A DNA stretch of 63,747 nt, filler included, from Reticulomyxa filosa (GCA_000512085.1; 23 parts of 23 records of this genome joined end to end with filler, not necessarily neighbours in it), one strand, 5' to 3'. Shown: positions 36,521 through 50,107, counted from the whole stretch's first letter. The notes: generated from the letters alone by a model not told the origin. Numbers and translations: made by a program.

Positions 36521-37569
36521 TTAAAATTTTGGATTGTTTTGATGAGTTTTACACAAAACAACAGGTTTTGGTTTTTCTTTGCGTTTGATTACTTGCCATT
36601 GTTGAATTTGATCAATAGTTATTGTTTTACGAAGAGCCTTACGCTTGTCAATCTCGCTTTGAATAAACTCGTACTGTTCCTCTTTGCTCATATAAGGAAT
36701 ATAGAATGGTGGCAAACGATGAGGTTTTAAGCCCATTCGTTTTGCCACCTCAATCCAACCGCCGTGCACTTCAATTGCTTTGATTGCTCTTGGATAGATA
36801 AATTGTATTTCTTTGCGTAGCGGCATTTTATTCTTATTATATATACATATATACACATACATATATATGTATATAGTATATATAGTAATCCCTTTTTAAA
36901 AAAAAAAAAAAATTGAATGTTGAAGACTCTTCTCTAACTTGTTGAGCAGAGGGAGTGTTTCGAATGGCCATTTGAAGTGTCTTCCAATCACGAAACCACA
37001 CTTTATTCTTTTTTTTTTTTGGATTTTTTAATGGAGCGATAACGTGACCCTCGTAAATGACAGACTGGCCAGGCACCCATTTTCGAAATCGGATTTGCTT
37101 TTTCTCGTCGTCTTGAATTTCAATTGGTACATTACTCTCTTTTTCGTCTTCCTCTGTTTTTATTATTTCATCCTTTGTTTCTTCTCTTTCCTTCGATTTT
37201 CTCAGTGGAATTTTTGACTTTTTTTTTTTTGTTGCATTTGTTCGTTTGTTTGTTTTGATGGGAGGGGAGAGAAAAAAAAAACAAAGACATAAACAAATGC
37301 ACTTGCTTCAAAGAGGGGTTGGAAAGGGACAGAAATTTCCCGAGATTGAAAGTACAAGATGATTGGAAACAGATGACTAAAAAAATGGACAATAACTTAG
37401 TAACTGAGAAAAAGTTGGAAATTGATGCTAGTGACCATGCATATCTTTTGTCATAATGAAAAAGAGTTGTGTTGTGGGAAGTTGCAAATAACCCTACTCT
37501 TAATCCGGTTGCAGAACTATTTGGCAAATATCTTGGAAATGAGCGTGAAAAGAGCTTAAATTCATTCAT
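36521..37569 (-). CDS. Hypothetical, probably mitochondrion-targeted protein with a W...MP...AI..HGG..VA..MGL helical motif
   Basis: Arg/Ser-rich acid-free N-terminus; exons 37168.., 36837.. and 36521.. on the same strand; motif KAIEVHGGWIEVAKRMGLKP. Confidence 0.55.
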
Positions 37570-37686
37570 TTTTATTGGAGTAAACAATAATCGACGATAT
37601 TTTTTCAAAAAAAAATATTATGAAAAAGGATCACTTCTCTCTTAAAAAAACTCGGCTCCGACTTTTTAAAATTTACCAAACTATTC

Positions 37687-39839
37687 TTACAAAAACCATT
37701 CCATTTCTTCAAATTCACGCCTTGCCGCTTTGAGTGTGTCCTCCAAATGAAAAGAATGAACTTTAATTTTGTTTTTGTCGCTTACAGCATCAACAAAAAT
37801 ATCATTGCTTTGTTTTCTTGTGTAACATTTATCCTCTTTTCTGTTAAGTGTTGCGTCTACCCCATTCGGGAGCATTTCACAACAAATTTCAGCATTTATC
37901 TCAGCAGTTGTAGGGATTAATTGAAACTGTATATTATGTTGGTGATTTGTTGCGTTTGGTTTTGATGTGGAATAAATTGAGCTAATTGTCTGCTGGCAAG
38001 GTATGTCAGCAGTCCAACAAAAACCATTAAGTTCATTGTTGTCAGGAACGAGAGTACTGCTAAAAGGGAAAGAAGACTTGTTTGGCGTAACACTACGTTG
38101 AAAAGTTGCTCTTTGTGTCTTGGAATCGGTCAATGACATTTTTGGGACAGTGTCTGTCTGAGGGTTGTCGTCAGTCAGTATCGGCGAGGACTCGAGGTTA
38201 CTTGTTTTTTGAGAAGAAGAAAATGGCAATGTATTGCCTTCAGCAACTAACGACCGAGGCTGCAGGGAGGGATTTGATTGAGTAGACAGACTCTTGATTA
38301 ACATATTTTTTTCTATTTTTTGCAACAACTTGGTCATGATGTGCACGTTTCGAAGTGCTTTTTTAATCTTTTTATTATTTATTTTTATATGTTGTAAAAT
38401 AATGAAATATGAAATTTTTTGATATTACTCGACAATATACTCACCTGTTGAAATTCTTTTTTGTGAAAGAGTGGTCGTAGTTGAGGATGTGATAAAAACA
38501 GACTTGTCTCTTGCATCAGTTTTTTTAAATTATTTAATTCGTTTCCGTCTGTATTTAAATCTTTGCTATGGCCATTTTCTTGAAAATTTAAATCGACCAT
38601 ATTTTTTGCTTTTAATTGGTGCGACTGACGATTTTTAAAAATGTTGAATACCGCGCTGCCAAAAAGCAACGCTTTCTGGATATCATCAAAGCAATCATTA
38701 AACGGATCTAACGTCAGTAAAATCCGAATTTTAGACTCTTTTGTTAAACTATGCAAAGTTTATGTAATTTTAATTGCATTTTATCTTAGAGAGTACTTCT
38801 TTGTTTTAAAGTTAAAAAACTCACCAATCTTTTAGTAGGTACGTCAACTTCGAATTTCTGTAGGGAGCCAAAGAACGAGATTTGTTAATAAATGCAAAAA
38901 CTGTCAGTATTGAATCGAATGACTTCAATATCCATTTTCGTTGTTGAGACATATTAACATTTCTTTGGCATTGTTGAGCTCCAAAAACAAACGGGCACTG
39001 CACAAAATGCAGAACCGAGTGAATTGAAGATGTGGCGTGTTCGTCATTTGCATTGAGAAAACATCGTTCAATAAAAACAGACAAAATAGTATAGCTGTAG
39101 GGATTTTTTTTCTGTGCGTCATGGAAACGATTACAAACAACCCGTATGCTGTCAAATGTGTTGACGTACACGTGTTTTGCATTCGAAACCATTGTTACTT
39201 TTTCAGTGTTTTCATCAGATATTTTTAAAAGACGTGAGTCTTTAGATTTGCAAACATTCGGTGTTAACACATCCGCTAGTTTGTTGTCACAAATTTGAAG
39301 GACACGAACACTAATTACAAATGCGTGTTCGCTTCCAGCGTCACGCTCATTCACTATATTGTGTAGTGATGAATTTCACATTCATGCAACACACGTCCTA
39401 CTTTTGCAACGTCCAGTAGTTGAAGTAAAAAAAAAGGTTTTTTTTCACACTTTGCAAAAGATGCCATAAAGTTCGTGGAGCTAAGCCATCGCAATTTGTT
39501 GGCTTATTTGTAATTTCATTGCCAATGAGAGAATACACTTGATTTGTGCTAGATGTTTCGCAGCTAAAAATGCACATTCTTAGTGGAGTGTCCCGTGAAC
39601 TTTCAATTTCATTTGAAAGCAGTTTTAAGTATAGCTGATTCTGTTCAGTGTTAGATGGAAACACCTCGTCCACTTCGCTTTTCAGTCCAAATCTGTTTGT
39701 TAAGTGCAAGGCTGGATGTGCGAGTTAAAATCGATCATAATAGTTAAAGAAGTTACTTTTGCTGCAAGTATATGATGGGATCGATTTCGTTGGATGCTGT
39801 GGCAAAAGGTCTTGTCCTTAAATATACCATTGCACACAT
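37687..39839 (-). CDS. Kinesin-like protein with degenerate motor domain (pseudo-kinesin), multi-exon
   Basis: VYLRTRP, VDEVF....EQNQLY, GLAPRTLWHL, ISVRVLQICDNKLADVL, APYRNSKLTYLLKD.L...SKIRILLTL. P-loop, switch I and switch II are unrecognisable. Confidence 0.8.
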
Positions 39840-40290
39840 ATTAAAATCGTTTTTTTCCCTCTTCGTGCAATTATTTATTGCCAAAGGAAAATCACTTATG
39901 AGTATTGGCTTTATTTATTTTTTGTTTGTATGTGCTAATTTTGTAAAAACTACTGGCCATGCAAAGACTGTGAATTTCAATAAATAACCTTTGTGCAATA
40001 TAAAAAAAATGACTTTTTAACTAAAATACTGAGCCCAAAGTAGAGTCGAATCACTTTCTATAAAAATTAACTCCATACTAGATTTTATTGTCTTGCAGTA
40101 ATATTTTATTTTAAAAAAGAAGTACGCAGGAAAATTACAAAGTGGAATACGTTGTCTAATTTGTATCTCACAAGTTAAAAGTAACTGATTATCTTTAAAT
40201 GACTGCAAAAGCAAGAGAACAAAAACATTGTTCACAACTCTCGGTTGAAAATAGGGAGAAAATTATTATCATTATTGGAAATAACAATAA

Positions 40291-41754
40291 ATGAATTCCA
40301 ATTCTCCTTCACAATGGGAAATATTTGGTGTAGGTGAATTAACACAAAAGTTGACAAATACCTTCGAAAGAGGAATACAAAAGCTAGATATTTCAGCGCA
40401 AACAAAGTCAAAAACTGTGAAGCAATTGGTACATATGGAGGAGAATGTACTTTTGGTGACAAGTGACAATGAATTGCATTGGTATGGAAGGAACCACGGA
40501 TACTTTGGTGAAGATTGTCGAAGTGCGCATTTTGCATATCCGAATGCTCCATATATTAATACATTTTTCAAAGACAACGGATTGAACATCGACACTATAA
40601 ACACAAGTTGTTGGAGCCAGCATATTATCACGAGTGTATACGGTTCAAACGACTTGTATTGTTTTGGCAGTAACTATGAGGGAAATCTAAACTTGGGAGA
40701 ACGTTATAGCCAAAAATCGATGATAGCGACACCAACAAAAATGGACTTTTTTACAAAACTGCACGAAAAGTGCATTCAAATTGCAACTGGAAGTAATATT
40801 ACTGTATATTTGGCACAAGCAGGTGGTGCATTATAATTCTTGTACATGCACGGCACATATAAGTAAATCACTATTTGTATATATGTATATGCATATACAT
40901 ATATGTTTGTATATGCAATGATGTGTTTGCAAATCAAAGAACATCATGGAATTGAGCAAATCGTTAGTCAATGGATTCATGACATCGACGATGACGACAG
41001 TAAATGCTCACTATGGCAGAGGTTCCCAATGGATTTGATACAATTGATCGGAGATTTTGTACAGTACCATAAAGTGTATTGCTCAATACCAAGTATGGAG
41101 AAAAAAAGAAAGCCGAATGTCAAAAGCATAGATAATGGCTTGAAGGAGTTATCTTTTCATCGCAAATGCATTATCGTAGACATTTCTTGCGGGAGGAACT
41201 TTGCAGTGTGTCGGAGTTCGGATCATCGGCTATTCGCATTTGGATACAATTCTCAGGGAGAATTGGGCGATGGAACGACGGCAGAACGGGATGGCATGTT
41301 CGAGTCCACCTATTTTAAAGAGCGCAAAATCAATATTGCAAAAATGCAATGTGGACAAGACTTTACTGTGCTCGTTGACACCGACAATGTGATTTATGCG
41401 TATGGCTCCAACTATTTTTGTCAGTGCGACCCCTTGAATCCTCGAGAGGAAATGATTACGTCGCCCCATCTCATTCTCATCCATGACTTTCCGATTCTTT
41501 CCATCCATTGCGGCTCTTTTCATTGTCTGCTTTTGGATGAACGTGGCTCTATTTTGACGTGGGGATGCAATACCTTCAATCAATGCTCTCTCTTTACTTC
41601 CCTACCCTCGCCCTGGGGTCCTGCCCCTCAAAAAATCAATATTTTGGAACCTTTCTCTCTTCAGCTTTGCTGGAAGGATTATTTCCCAAACAAAAACGTC
41701 TCCATTTTTTGTGTCGCGTTAGGTACTTTTGACACATTCCTTTTGGTAAAATAA
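40291..41754 (+). CDS. RCC1-repeat protein (intron ~40823-40935)
   Basis: LYCFGSNYEGNLNLG, IQIATGSN, DISCGRNF...LFAFGYNSQGELGDG, MQCGQDF..YAYGSNYFCQ, IHCGSFH..LTWGCNTFNQ. Confidence 0.9.
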
Positions 41755-42281
41755 CCTTCGATTTAAGACATCGTCTTAGTAGCATATGAAAGTATTCATT
41801 TTCAAACTTTTCATGCAATTGGAAGTAGTTTATTTCATTTTACTTTTTTTTTTTTTAAATGAAAAAAGAGCACAAAACAAAAAAAGAAAGCGAGTCCAAA
41901 GTGGAAAAAAAAAAATCAAATGAACAAAACAAATGAAAAAAGACAAAAAACAACGACAAAAACCTGACATTGAAATTCGACAAAACGATAAGATTTTCTT
42001 TTTTTTTTTTCCCCCTTTTTACCAATCGGCCTTATACAGTTTAACACAAATACACACGAATAATTAAAAAAAAAAAAGAAAAAAACAACCAAATAAAAAA
42101 ACTGATCAAAAGACAAAATTTTGTCTTTGTGTGTTTTTTTTTCTGGATTTTATTTTTGATTTAATATGTTGAAAATTGATTTTACAAAGTTGCTTGATTT
42201 GCACAAAAATAGAGACTATTTAAGTGTTCTCTCTTTTGTTTTGTTTTTTTTTCCCAAAGTGTTGCATTTTTGACTTGCCGA

Positions 42282-44322
42282 TCATGGTGCAGGAGTTCGC
42301 GAGGGCAATGAGTCACTTTGGCTATTATTGCTATGGCTGTGTTCTCGTGTCGTTGGTTGCATTTCAAGATTGACTTCTTCTGCCTTTTCTTCTTGCAAGG
42401 GATGAAGAGTCCCAGAGGAGTGCAGTGCAAATGCGTTCGAATGGGGACCTATACTGTCTGTAGTTTGGCTCTCATCCTATGTAGTACGTATAATGCCATA
42501 TTTGCATATATTGATTTATGTATGCTTTTTTTTTTTTTTTTTTTATTAAAAAGAAATAGGGTTAATGTCCATTGCAAAAAAAAAAAAAAAAAAAAACAAC
42601 ATGCAAACGAAAATTTCATGAATAACCTGACTTTGACCAGGCATGGAGTGTTGGCGCATATTTACAGTGTTGGCGATGGGAGGCAAGGGAAAGTCCTCGA
42701 GAGGCTGTGTGACATCACCGTGATCATGCAAAGCGAAAATGGTAGGATCCATCTTTTCCAATTCGCGTTCGGGGTTATTTGTAACGGGCGAGTGTGGTGT
42801 GGTGGGAGGGATAATATCATGATGAGTGCTGTCTTTGTTGGGGTCGTGACTATCTTTATCGACCGACATCTGACGACCTTGTTGGACGGTCTGTTGATGA
42901 TGTTGTTGTTGTTGTTGTTGTTGTCGTTGAAGTTGCTTTTTCGTCGTGTTGTCAGTCGTACTGAAGCGTATCTTCAGTTGCTTGTCTTTGTTTTCCTGCG
43001 TCGTGTTCCGACTTTCCCAGGCACTACTGACGGTACCTGTGCGAAAGCGTCCGCCGGCGAGATCGAAAGTAGTGACCGTCGTCGAAAACTCTTGTGTCAA
43101 ACTCTTAGACATGTCGCCAGTGTGACACAGCACTTGGCAAGGCTTGCAACACAACGACACGGCGGAGTTCCACATTGCATCGGCAAAGCGAAACATGAAC
43201 CACACGCAAAACGTATTTACAATACAATCGATGGGAATCAAAAACGTCACTTGTGCTTGCTGCACACCGATCATAAAGATCAACGTCGAAATCACGCATA
43301 TCGCAACCAAGATCGTCTGCTTGTGCATCACTCGTCGCAGTCTGTCCTCTCGCTTTTTCGTCGTGCTCGAAGGTCTGGACGACTCACTTTCACCACTCGT
43401 ATGTTCGCCCATGATCACCAGCTGATGTTTTGTTGTATACGTATTCACACATACAATAAAAGTGTAATGTTGATATGGCACGCGGTCGATTATTGAAAAA
43501 AAAAAAAATATATATATATATAAATATATATATATATATGTATATAACTTTGCGTAGTTTGGAAACAAATAAAAAGCAGACCAACAATTGAAAACAAATT
43601 TCGGCAATAATGTAAGCGGCAGTAAAGTACGTATAAACAGAGAGTTGGAAATATTTGCTCGTACACACGCCAAGACGCATTTGGGGGACGTAGACCAACT
43701 CGGTTCCGATACGCAAAACTCCAAAATACAAAATGAGACTCATGGCTGCACATTGCAACAACACGTACAACACCGTCAACACGACCAAAAAGTTGGAATT
43801 GTACGCCAAGGTTGACGATCGAAATGTCATGAAAATTCGGACCATAAAACACAACCAGAGACATATTCGACTCACGTAAAACGACCACCAACTGAACAAG
43901 TAGCTAAAGTCGCACGAGACATGCAGTTGTCTCTCTCTTCTTTTATCTTCTTCTCCGCTTGGACCCATTGAAAATAAAATGTCGATCTTGAAAAATGAAT
44001 AGGACACGCAAACGATAAAGAAACTCACAAACACGGCAATGTTAGATAGCTTGCCGATGAACAGCATCTTCGAATCCTTGCCAAAACATAAGTGCTTTAG
44101 CATATGCAGTGTTAGGAAACCGATCACACACAATCCGATATATGAAAATACCACCATCAACAATACCAATGGTGGATCCAGAGTTTGCGTGGATGTTGAC
44201 GACTCTGTTTTGTTTGGTTGTTTTTTTTTTCTCTTCCTCACTTCTTGCCGCTACTTGGACGAGTAAGACGAAAGACACTTACGTGAAACCATCGTGGAGG
44301 ATAAAGACACATTTGTTGACAT
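42282..44322 (-). CDS. Seven-transmembrane (GPCR-like) receptor, 4 exons
   Basis: Seven hydrophobic helices; Cys at the top of TM3 and in ECL2; basic ICL3 end RLRRVMHKQ; TM7 PIDCIVN; helix-8 Cys cluster LCCKPC; long Ser/Thr/Gln tail. Confidence 0.8.
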
Positions 44323-44566
44323 GATCAAGCGAAGCCAATGTTTGTTATCGAGACACACCAATTACATTAAGATCACACAGAACTTTTTTTGTTATTTCGA
44401 AAATTTTTATGTTGGAGAAGAAACGTTTCTCAACGTCAGAGACTTTTTTCGTTCTGCTTGTTAAAAATACATTTTAAAATTTTGCTGAAAACTGTTTGAG
44501 GCACTTTTAAGTTATTGAATCGGAATAAATTTTAAAAAATCATACAATCCTTTAAATCACTCGCTT

Positions 44567-45443
44567 TCAAAGAATTAAACATTCCTTTTTATCCTCAGAG
44601 GACTTTATATTTTTTGGTTGCAAAAGTTTTGTTGGCTCGTGATGAATAACCTGCGCTTTGACAACTTTCGTACGCTTTTGGATCTCTTGCTTTGAAATTG
44701 AGACTCCTGCGATTTGTGCAGTGAAATGATAAAACAAGCTGTCAATACCATCATTTGTTTTTGCAGAAACGTGATATGATAATAATTTTTCTCGTGAACA
44801 TAAATCTTCTTGTTTTGACAATTTTACTGTTGAATCATTTGACATATCCTTTATTTTTATTATTAATTTAAAAACTTAATAAAGATTATTTCAAATTTTG
44901 CTTTTTTACGCAAATGAAATTAATTTGAAGTAAAGCATACTTAACATGTTTATTTCCAACTAATCCTATTTTTGCTTTACCGTGGTTACCCAATGTCGTT
45001 TTCACAATTGTCAACCAATCTTGAATATTCTCGAAGGTCATGAATGCGGTGACATCATAAATTAATAAAATGCCGTCCGAGCCATGAATATATTTACTGA
45101 GCATTTTTGACCCAATTGACTGTCCACCAATATCCCAAACTTGAAGTGCAATCTTTGCCCAAAAAAAAAGGGTCGGCTCAGTATTACAAATGTTTTTGAT
45201 TTCTTTCAAAAAAAAAGAAAAAAATTGTGTAATAGCATCAACTGGAAGGCTTTCATTGGTTGATGACTGCAATTGAATTCTCTTCACGTAGAATTCGCAA
45301 CCGATTGTTTGTTTGTACGAGGTTGCAAAGTGCTCGTTGACAAATTGCTCACAAATGGAAGTTTTTCCAACTGCACCATCGCCCAATAATATAATTTTAT
45401 ATTGGCGTACTTTTCCAGTTTCCTCGTCTGATGATTCTGTCAT
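44567..45443 (-). CDS. RAB28: Rab28-like small GTPase (2 introns)
   Basis: GDGAVGKTS, YKQTIG, the WDIGGQ signature of Rab28, GNK, VSAK and C-terminal CaaX CLIL. Confidence 0.88.
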
Positions 45444-46751
45444 TTTGGCCTTTCAGTAAATAAGCAGTCAGATGATAATGAAAATAGATCAACTACAAAT
45501 TTTTCACGTCATTTAATTGAAACTATGAAAATTTATTTAATATAGTGTTGACGTGTCACAAAAATAATCGTTTTTAAAAATGAGGACAGTTATTAGTTGA
45601 AAAGGGGAATTATAATTTTTATAAGCAGACTTTTGTGTGCTGCTTCTTTGCTCCACATTAAAATACTAGTGTTGCAAAAAAAGTGCGTGTTAAAGCAAAA
45701 GAAGTTTAAGGGAGTGCACAACATTTTTAAATATTCGTACAACTCAAGTAAACTGCATTTGAACAAAAAAAAGGAATAATTAAATGGATAGGAACAGAAT
45801 TACTTATTTAATCCAACATCCTGTTATAGAGTGCAAAATTTGTGAGCACCGCTAAGAGACAGCAGTTTGTTCGTGAGGACATTGCCAAAAAAAAGTGGAT
45901 CTTTTGTCCACAAAAAAAAGGCAAAAATATTTGCAAAGAGTAACAAAACACAAAACTTATAATGCACATATATGTGCATATACAAACAATCGATGTGAGT
46001 TATCATTGATTTAAGGAGATGGGAATGTTAGCAATCGTGCAATTATATCTCTGCTTTATTTTTTGATGTTATATGGACAAGGCTCGAAATCCAAACAAAC
46101 AAACTTTGTGGCTCTCCATCATAAATTTGTTTTGTTCCATCAAAAAACAATGGTGGCCTACTAAAAAAAACCAAATGTACGGGCTTTTCTCACTTCACCA
46201 TATTTTAGAAAAACAAATAAAAAACTACTTAAAAACAAAAAAATGACAACCATGACAATTACAACAATTTCGACTGACAAATAAACCGATCAGCAAACAA
46301 ACAAAAAAGAACCTTAAAAATCAAAAAAGATTTGTGGAAAATCACCGTTATTTACTGTCTCACACTTCTTCAGAAAAATCTTTCCATTCCTACTTTCGCT
46401 CCTTTTCTTTTTCAAAAGGCAACAAGTCCTTTTTTTTTTGTCTGTGTATCTTTTTTTTATAAAGTATTTTTTTTGCCTTTAATTTTGAGTACTGGGAAGA
46501 AGGAAGGAAGGGGGGGGGAGGGGGGGGTAGAAAAAATTCTATGTGGAAATACAACAAGCAAAACAAAAAACTGTAAATACAAATTTGAATTAATTGGACC
46601 AATTTGGATAAGTTGTACATGTATCTTTAAAAACAAACAAATAAACAAAAAAAGACCAAAAAGAAAAAACCGAATGGAACAAAAAGAGATGGAAATACAC
46701 AAAACATACACGCACACGCACAGACAACAAAGAAAGACAATTGAAAGAGCA

Positions 46752-47796
46752 TTATTGAGACTGTGAAACATGAAAAGTGTCAACATCGTGTTCTTTCAAT
46801 TTGATTGCAATACAAGCAATGGAAATATGAGGAGCGAGTTGGAACTGAATGGAACAGTCGATAAAAGTGCAAGAGACGACAATCCATTGTGTCGGATAAA
46901 ATCGAAAACCAAAAGAATCAGTACGTTGTCCGGGAAGATTTATTGGTAAAGGTCTCCCGCTTTGAAATGTTTTCAACTCTGTCATTTGAAAGTTCATTTT
47001 CATACCCTCTTTTAATTGGGTCGGTTTTTCTTTCTCTTCCTCTTCTCTCCAACTTCCCAACGATATATGTATTCCTTTCATTTATTTATTTGTTGGTTGG
47101 TCTGTCTACTTCTAATTTCGCTCCAACACAAAATCATACAAAACACATTATACTTATATATAAATCATATAAATATGATTTATGTATAAGTATAATGTGT
47201 TTTGTATGTTTTCACGAGCTTTTTTTTTGGCTCATTGTGTTCTCGCCCCCTTTTCAATGTACCCCTAGAATTTTCTTTTTTTTTTGGAAAGTACCTGCTG
47301 TCGCTGGAGGTGTGATCCATTGAATAGTCGGATCTTGTGTGTGTGATAGACAAAGATTATTGGTTTGTTGTGTCGATCCTTTTTTGATGTGATTGGACAC
47401 AAGTTTGTACCACAGTTGTGCCTTCTTGCATCCATTTTTTGCCCATGAATGATTTTTGTATTTGTTTTGACACAACTGTGCTAGTCTCACAGATTCTCTT
47501 TGCCACTCTTCACTGAGCCGTACGTACCAATATCCTGTGTGCTTGTCTTGATGCACTATGCCATATGTCGGAAGCTCACTTAGTACGTCTTGCAGTTTAT
47601 CTTCGTCCTTTTCACTCTTATTTTCTTTCCAACACTTTTGAAAGCTCTCCAACACTGTTTCCGGGTTCTTTTGATTATTTCCTACTACGCTGTTCACTTT
47701 CATATTTGGATTTTGTTTATCATCATCTTTCAATTCATCCTCTAAGATTATGTTTTCATCTGGAGAGGATACATCCTCGTCAGGTAATGAAGACAT
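46752..47796 (-). CDS. 2H-phosphoesterase superfamily protein (intron 47075-47294)
   Basis: Splicing creates WITPPATAGIHISL (first HxS); second motif APHISIA lies near the C-terminus; GYWYVRL strand upstream. Confidence 0.65.
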
Positions 47797-49394
47797 TTAT
47801 TTTGTTTTACGTTATTGTCCCTTTCCACCAAAAAACTTACTGGAGACAAAACAAACGTCTAAAGTAAACTTTTGTTGGTTCAGCGTGTTTTTCAATATCG
47901 ACACACTTTTCTCTTTAATAGCGTTATTACCCAAATTAAACAATAAAATTACTTAACAATTTTGAAAAATGAAAAAACCATTAAAAATAAACAATAGTTT
48001 TATTCACATATACAATCATATAGCTTTCGAAAATGCAAATCTTATAAGCTATAGGTTGAAGCATATCTATCAATAAAACCTCACCGAATTTCATTGAAAA
48101 TATTAATTAGCACAAAATTTATAAGTAGTGTTGTTACCACTTAACAATAATCACAATTGGCAAGAATACATATTAAAAATATTTAAAGGACTATTGAATA
48201 GACTAGAAATGAATTGTACAAAATTTAGGTGTATATATAACATTAAGTATATATATTAACTATTTGTTACAAGAAAAAAAAGAAATCAACATTTGTCCAT
48301 CATTTGGCTAAAAAAATATTTTTATTTACTATATTCATCATCAAGATTAACTTTCAGAAAAAAAGTTACATTTAAAAGAGATTGTGCTTGGAAGTATCAA
48401 GATAATCTTAAGTTTTGAAGGAGATTTTGAAATTCAGTTCGTTTTTTTTCGTCCAAGAAAGTTCGACAAGATTTTTCGCTTCCAAGAAAGAAGCAAAAAG
48501 AATTTTTTGAACTAGTAAAATTTTTTATGATGATAATAAGTTGCTTAAAGAGTAAACTAACGGTAATTGAGATAGTAACACTTTACTGGCAGCGAAAGGC
48601 TTGCGGGAAATGTTGAATCTTGTTTAGCCTTAAGAGTGTTTAACGCATTTGAAAAATTAGTACTAGAAGGAACAGAATAAAAAATAAAATAATAATAAAT
48701 CTTATATCAAGATTTGAATTAGCAGTGATCAAATCAGCATTCTAACAATTACAATTCATACAATCACTCAATTCAACGTTAGTGTCGATCGATAAAGATA
48801 TGAAATTAACATTGTGAGTACCAATATTTTTTTAGCAGAGAGAATGCTATAAGTTTGAAAATATTGTAAGGCAAGTAAATCACTCAAACTTGAATACATC
48901 ACTAAATGATATAATACATTACAAAAAGTAACAAACAATTTTTTTTTTTGCAAAAATGAGATCTTATCCAAGTTAAAATGAGCACATCGTCCCAAAAGGA
49001 ACACAGTACTATAATGGAAACAAATAAAAAAAGAAAAAGATCAACAAAACATATCAAAAGCTCACACAATCAACAACAACAAGTGAAAAAAAATTTTAAG
49101 TTTTAATTTAATCTTTAAAATAAAAAAACCAAATAAAATCTCAAAGGTTGTACGGCGAGATCAATCAACGGTTGTGAAAACAAATTTGGCTCTTCCTGTG
49201 GAATGGTCAGAGGGAATTACAGGAGCAATGCTAATGCTCAACCGAATCCTCTGAGNNNNNNNNNNNNNNNNNNNNNNNNNNNNNNNNNNNNNNNNNNNNT
49301 TAATTAATTAANNNNNNNNNNNNNNNNNNNNNNNNNNNNNNNNNNNNNNNNNNNNAAAAAAAAAAAAACTAAAAAAAAAAAAAAAAAAAAAAAA

Positions 49395-50107
49395 CCTTGT
49401 AAGGCTAGCATTGATTTATGCCTGACTTTTGGAGTTTTGTCAGCTTGGAGACGCCCCTTTTTTGCATCTTTTTCCACGTCGGAATCATGACTAATGTCAC
49501 TCCCTTCATTGTCTTTGTCTTTGTTAGCATTGCTTGTGGGATCGTTGTCCTTCAATCGCACTTGCTTTTTGTTGGGGTCTTCCTTTAGGTCTTTGCCTTG
49601 TTTGGCCAGACTTGACGCTTGTTCGGATACTGTTTCTTTCTCACACAATCGATGCAATCGCTGGACTAAACGGCTGTCGTCCAAATAGTAGTGCACAAAC
49701 AAGGAGTCCATTTTGAACAATAGTACTTCTTCGACGCTGAACGGTATTTGATAAATAAATGGAATTCGTGGGAAATAATGGTCTGTTCGTGAAAATTCAC
49801 GGAACAAATCACTTTGCTTGTAATGTGATGTGCTATCCCACACAAATGCCGACTTTTTCGCTTCTTTTCTTGCTTTTATATGCTCTGCTTCCTTTGTTGG
49901 TGCTGCTCCTGGGTCGTTTTCATTTGTGTACACTCCTTCATGACCTGTCAATATCTCGACTACATCCGCCAATTCATCCTCTTCTTCGTCTGCTTTCAAC
50001 GCCTCAGCAAGGCGAAACCTGTCTTGCAAGATGTTGCCACGCGGATCGGATTGAGATGGAGAAAACCCCGGTAGATCTACCGACAGATTTCGCATGTTGG
50101 GAAACAT
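49395..50107 (-). CDS. Hypothetical protein, first exon
   Basis: ~237-codon open frame from ATG with protein-like composition ending at a GT donor; no family recognised. Confidence 0.6.
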
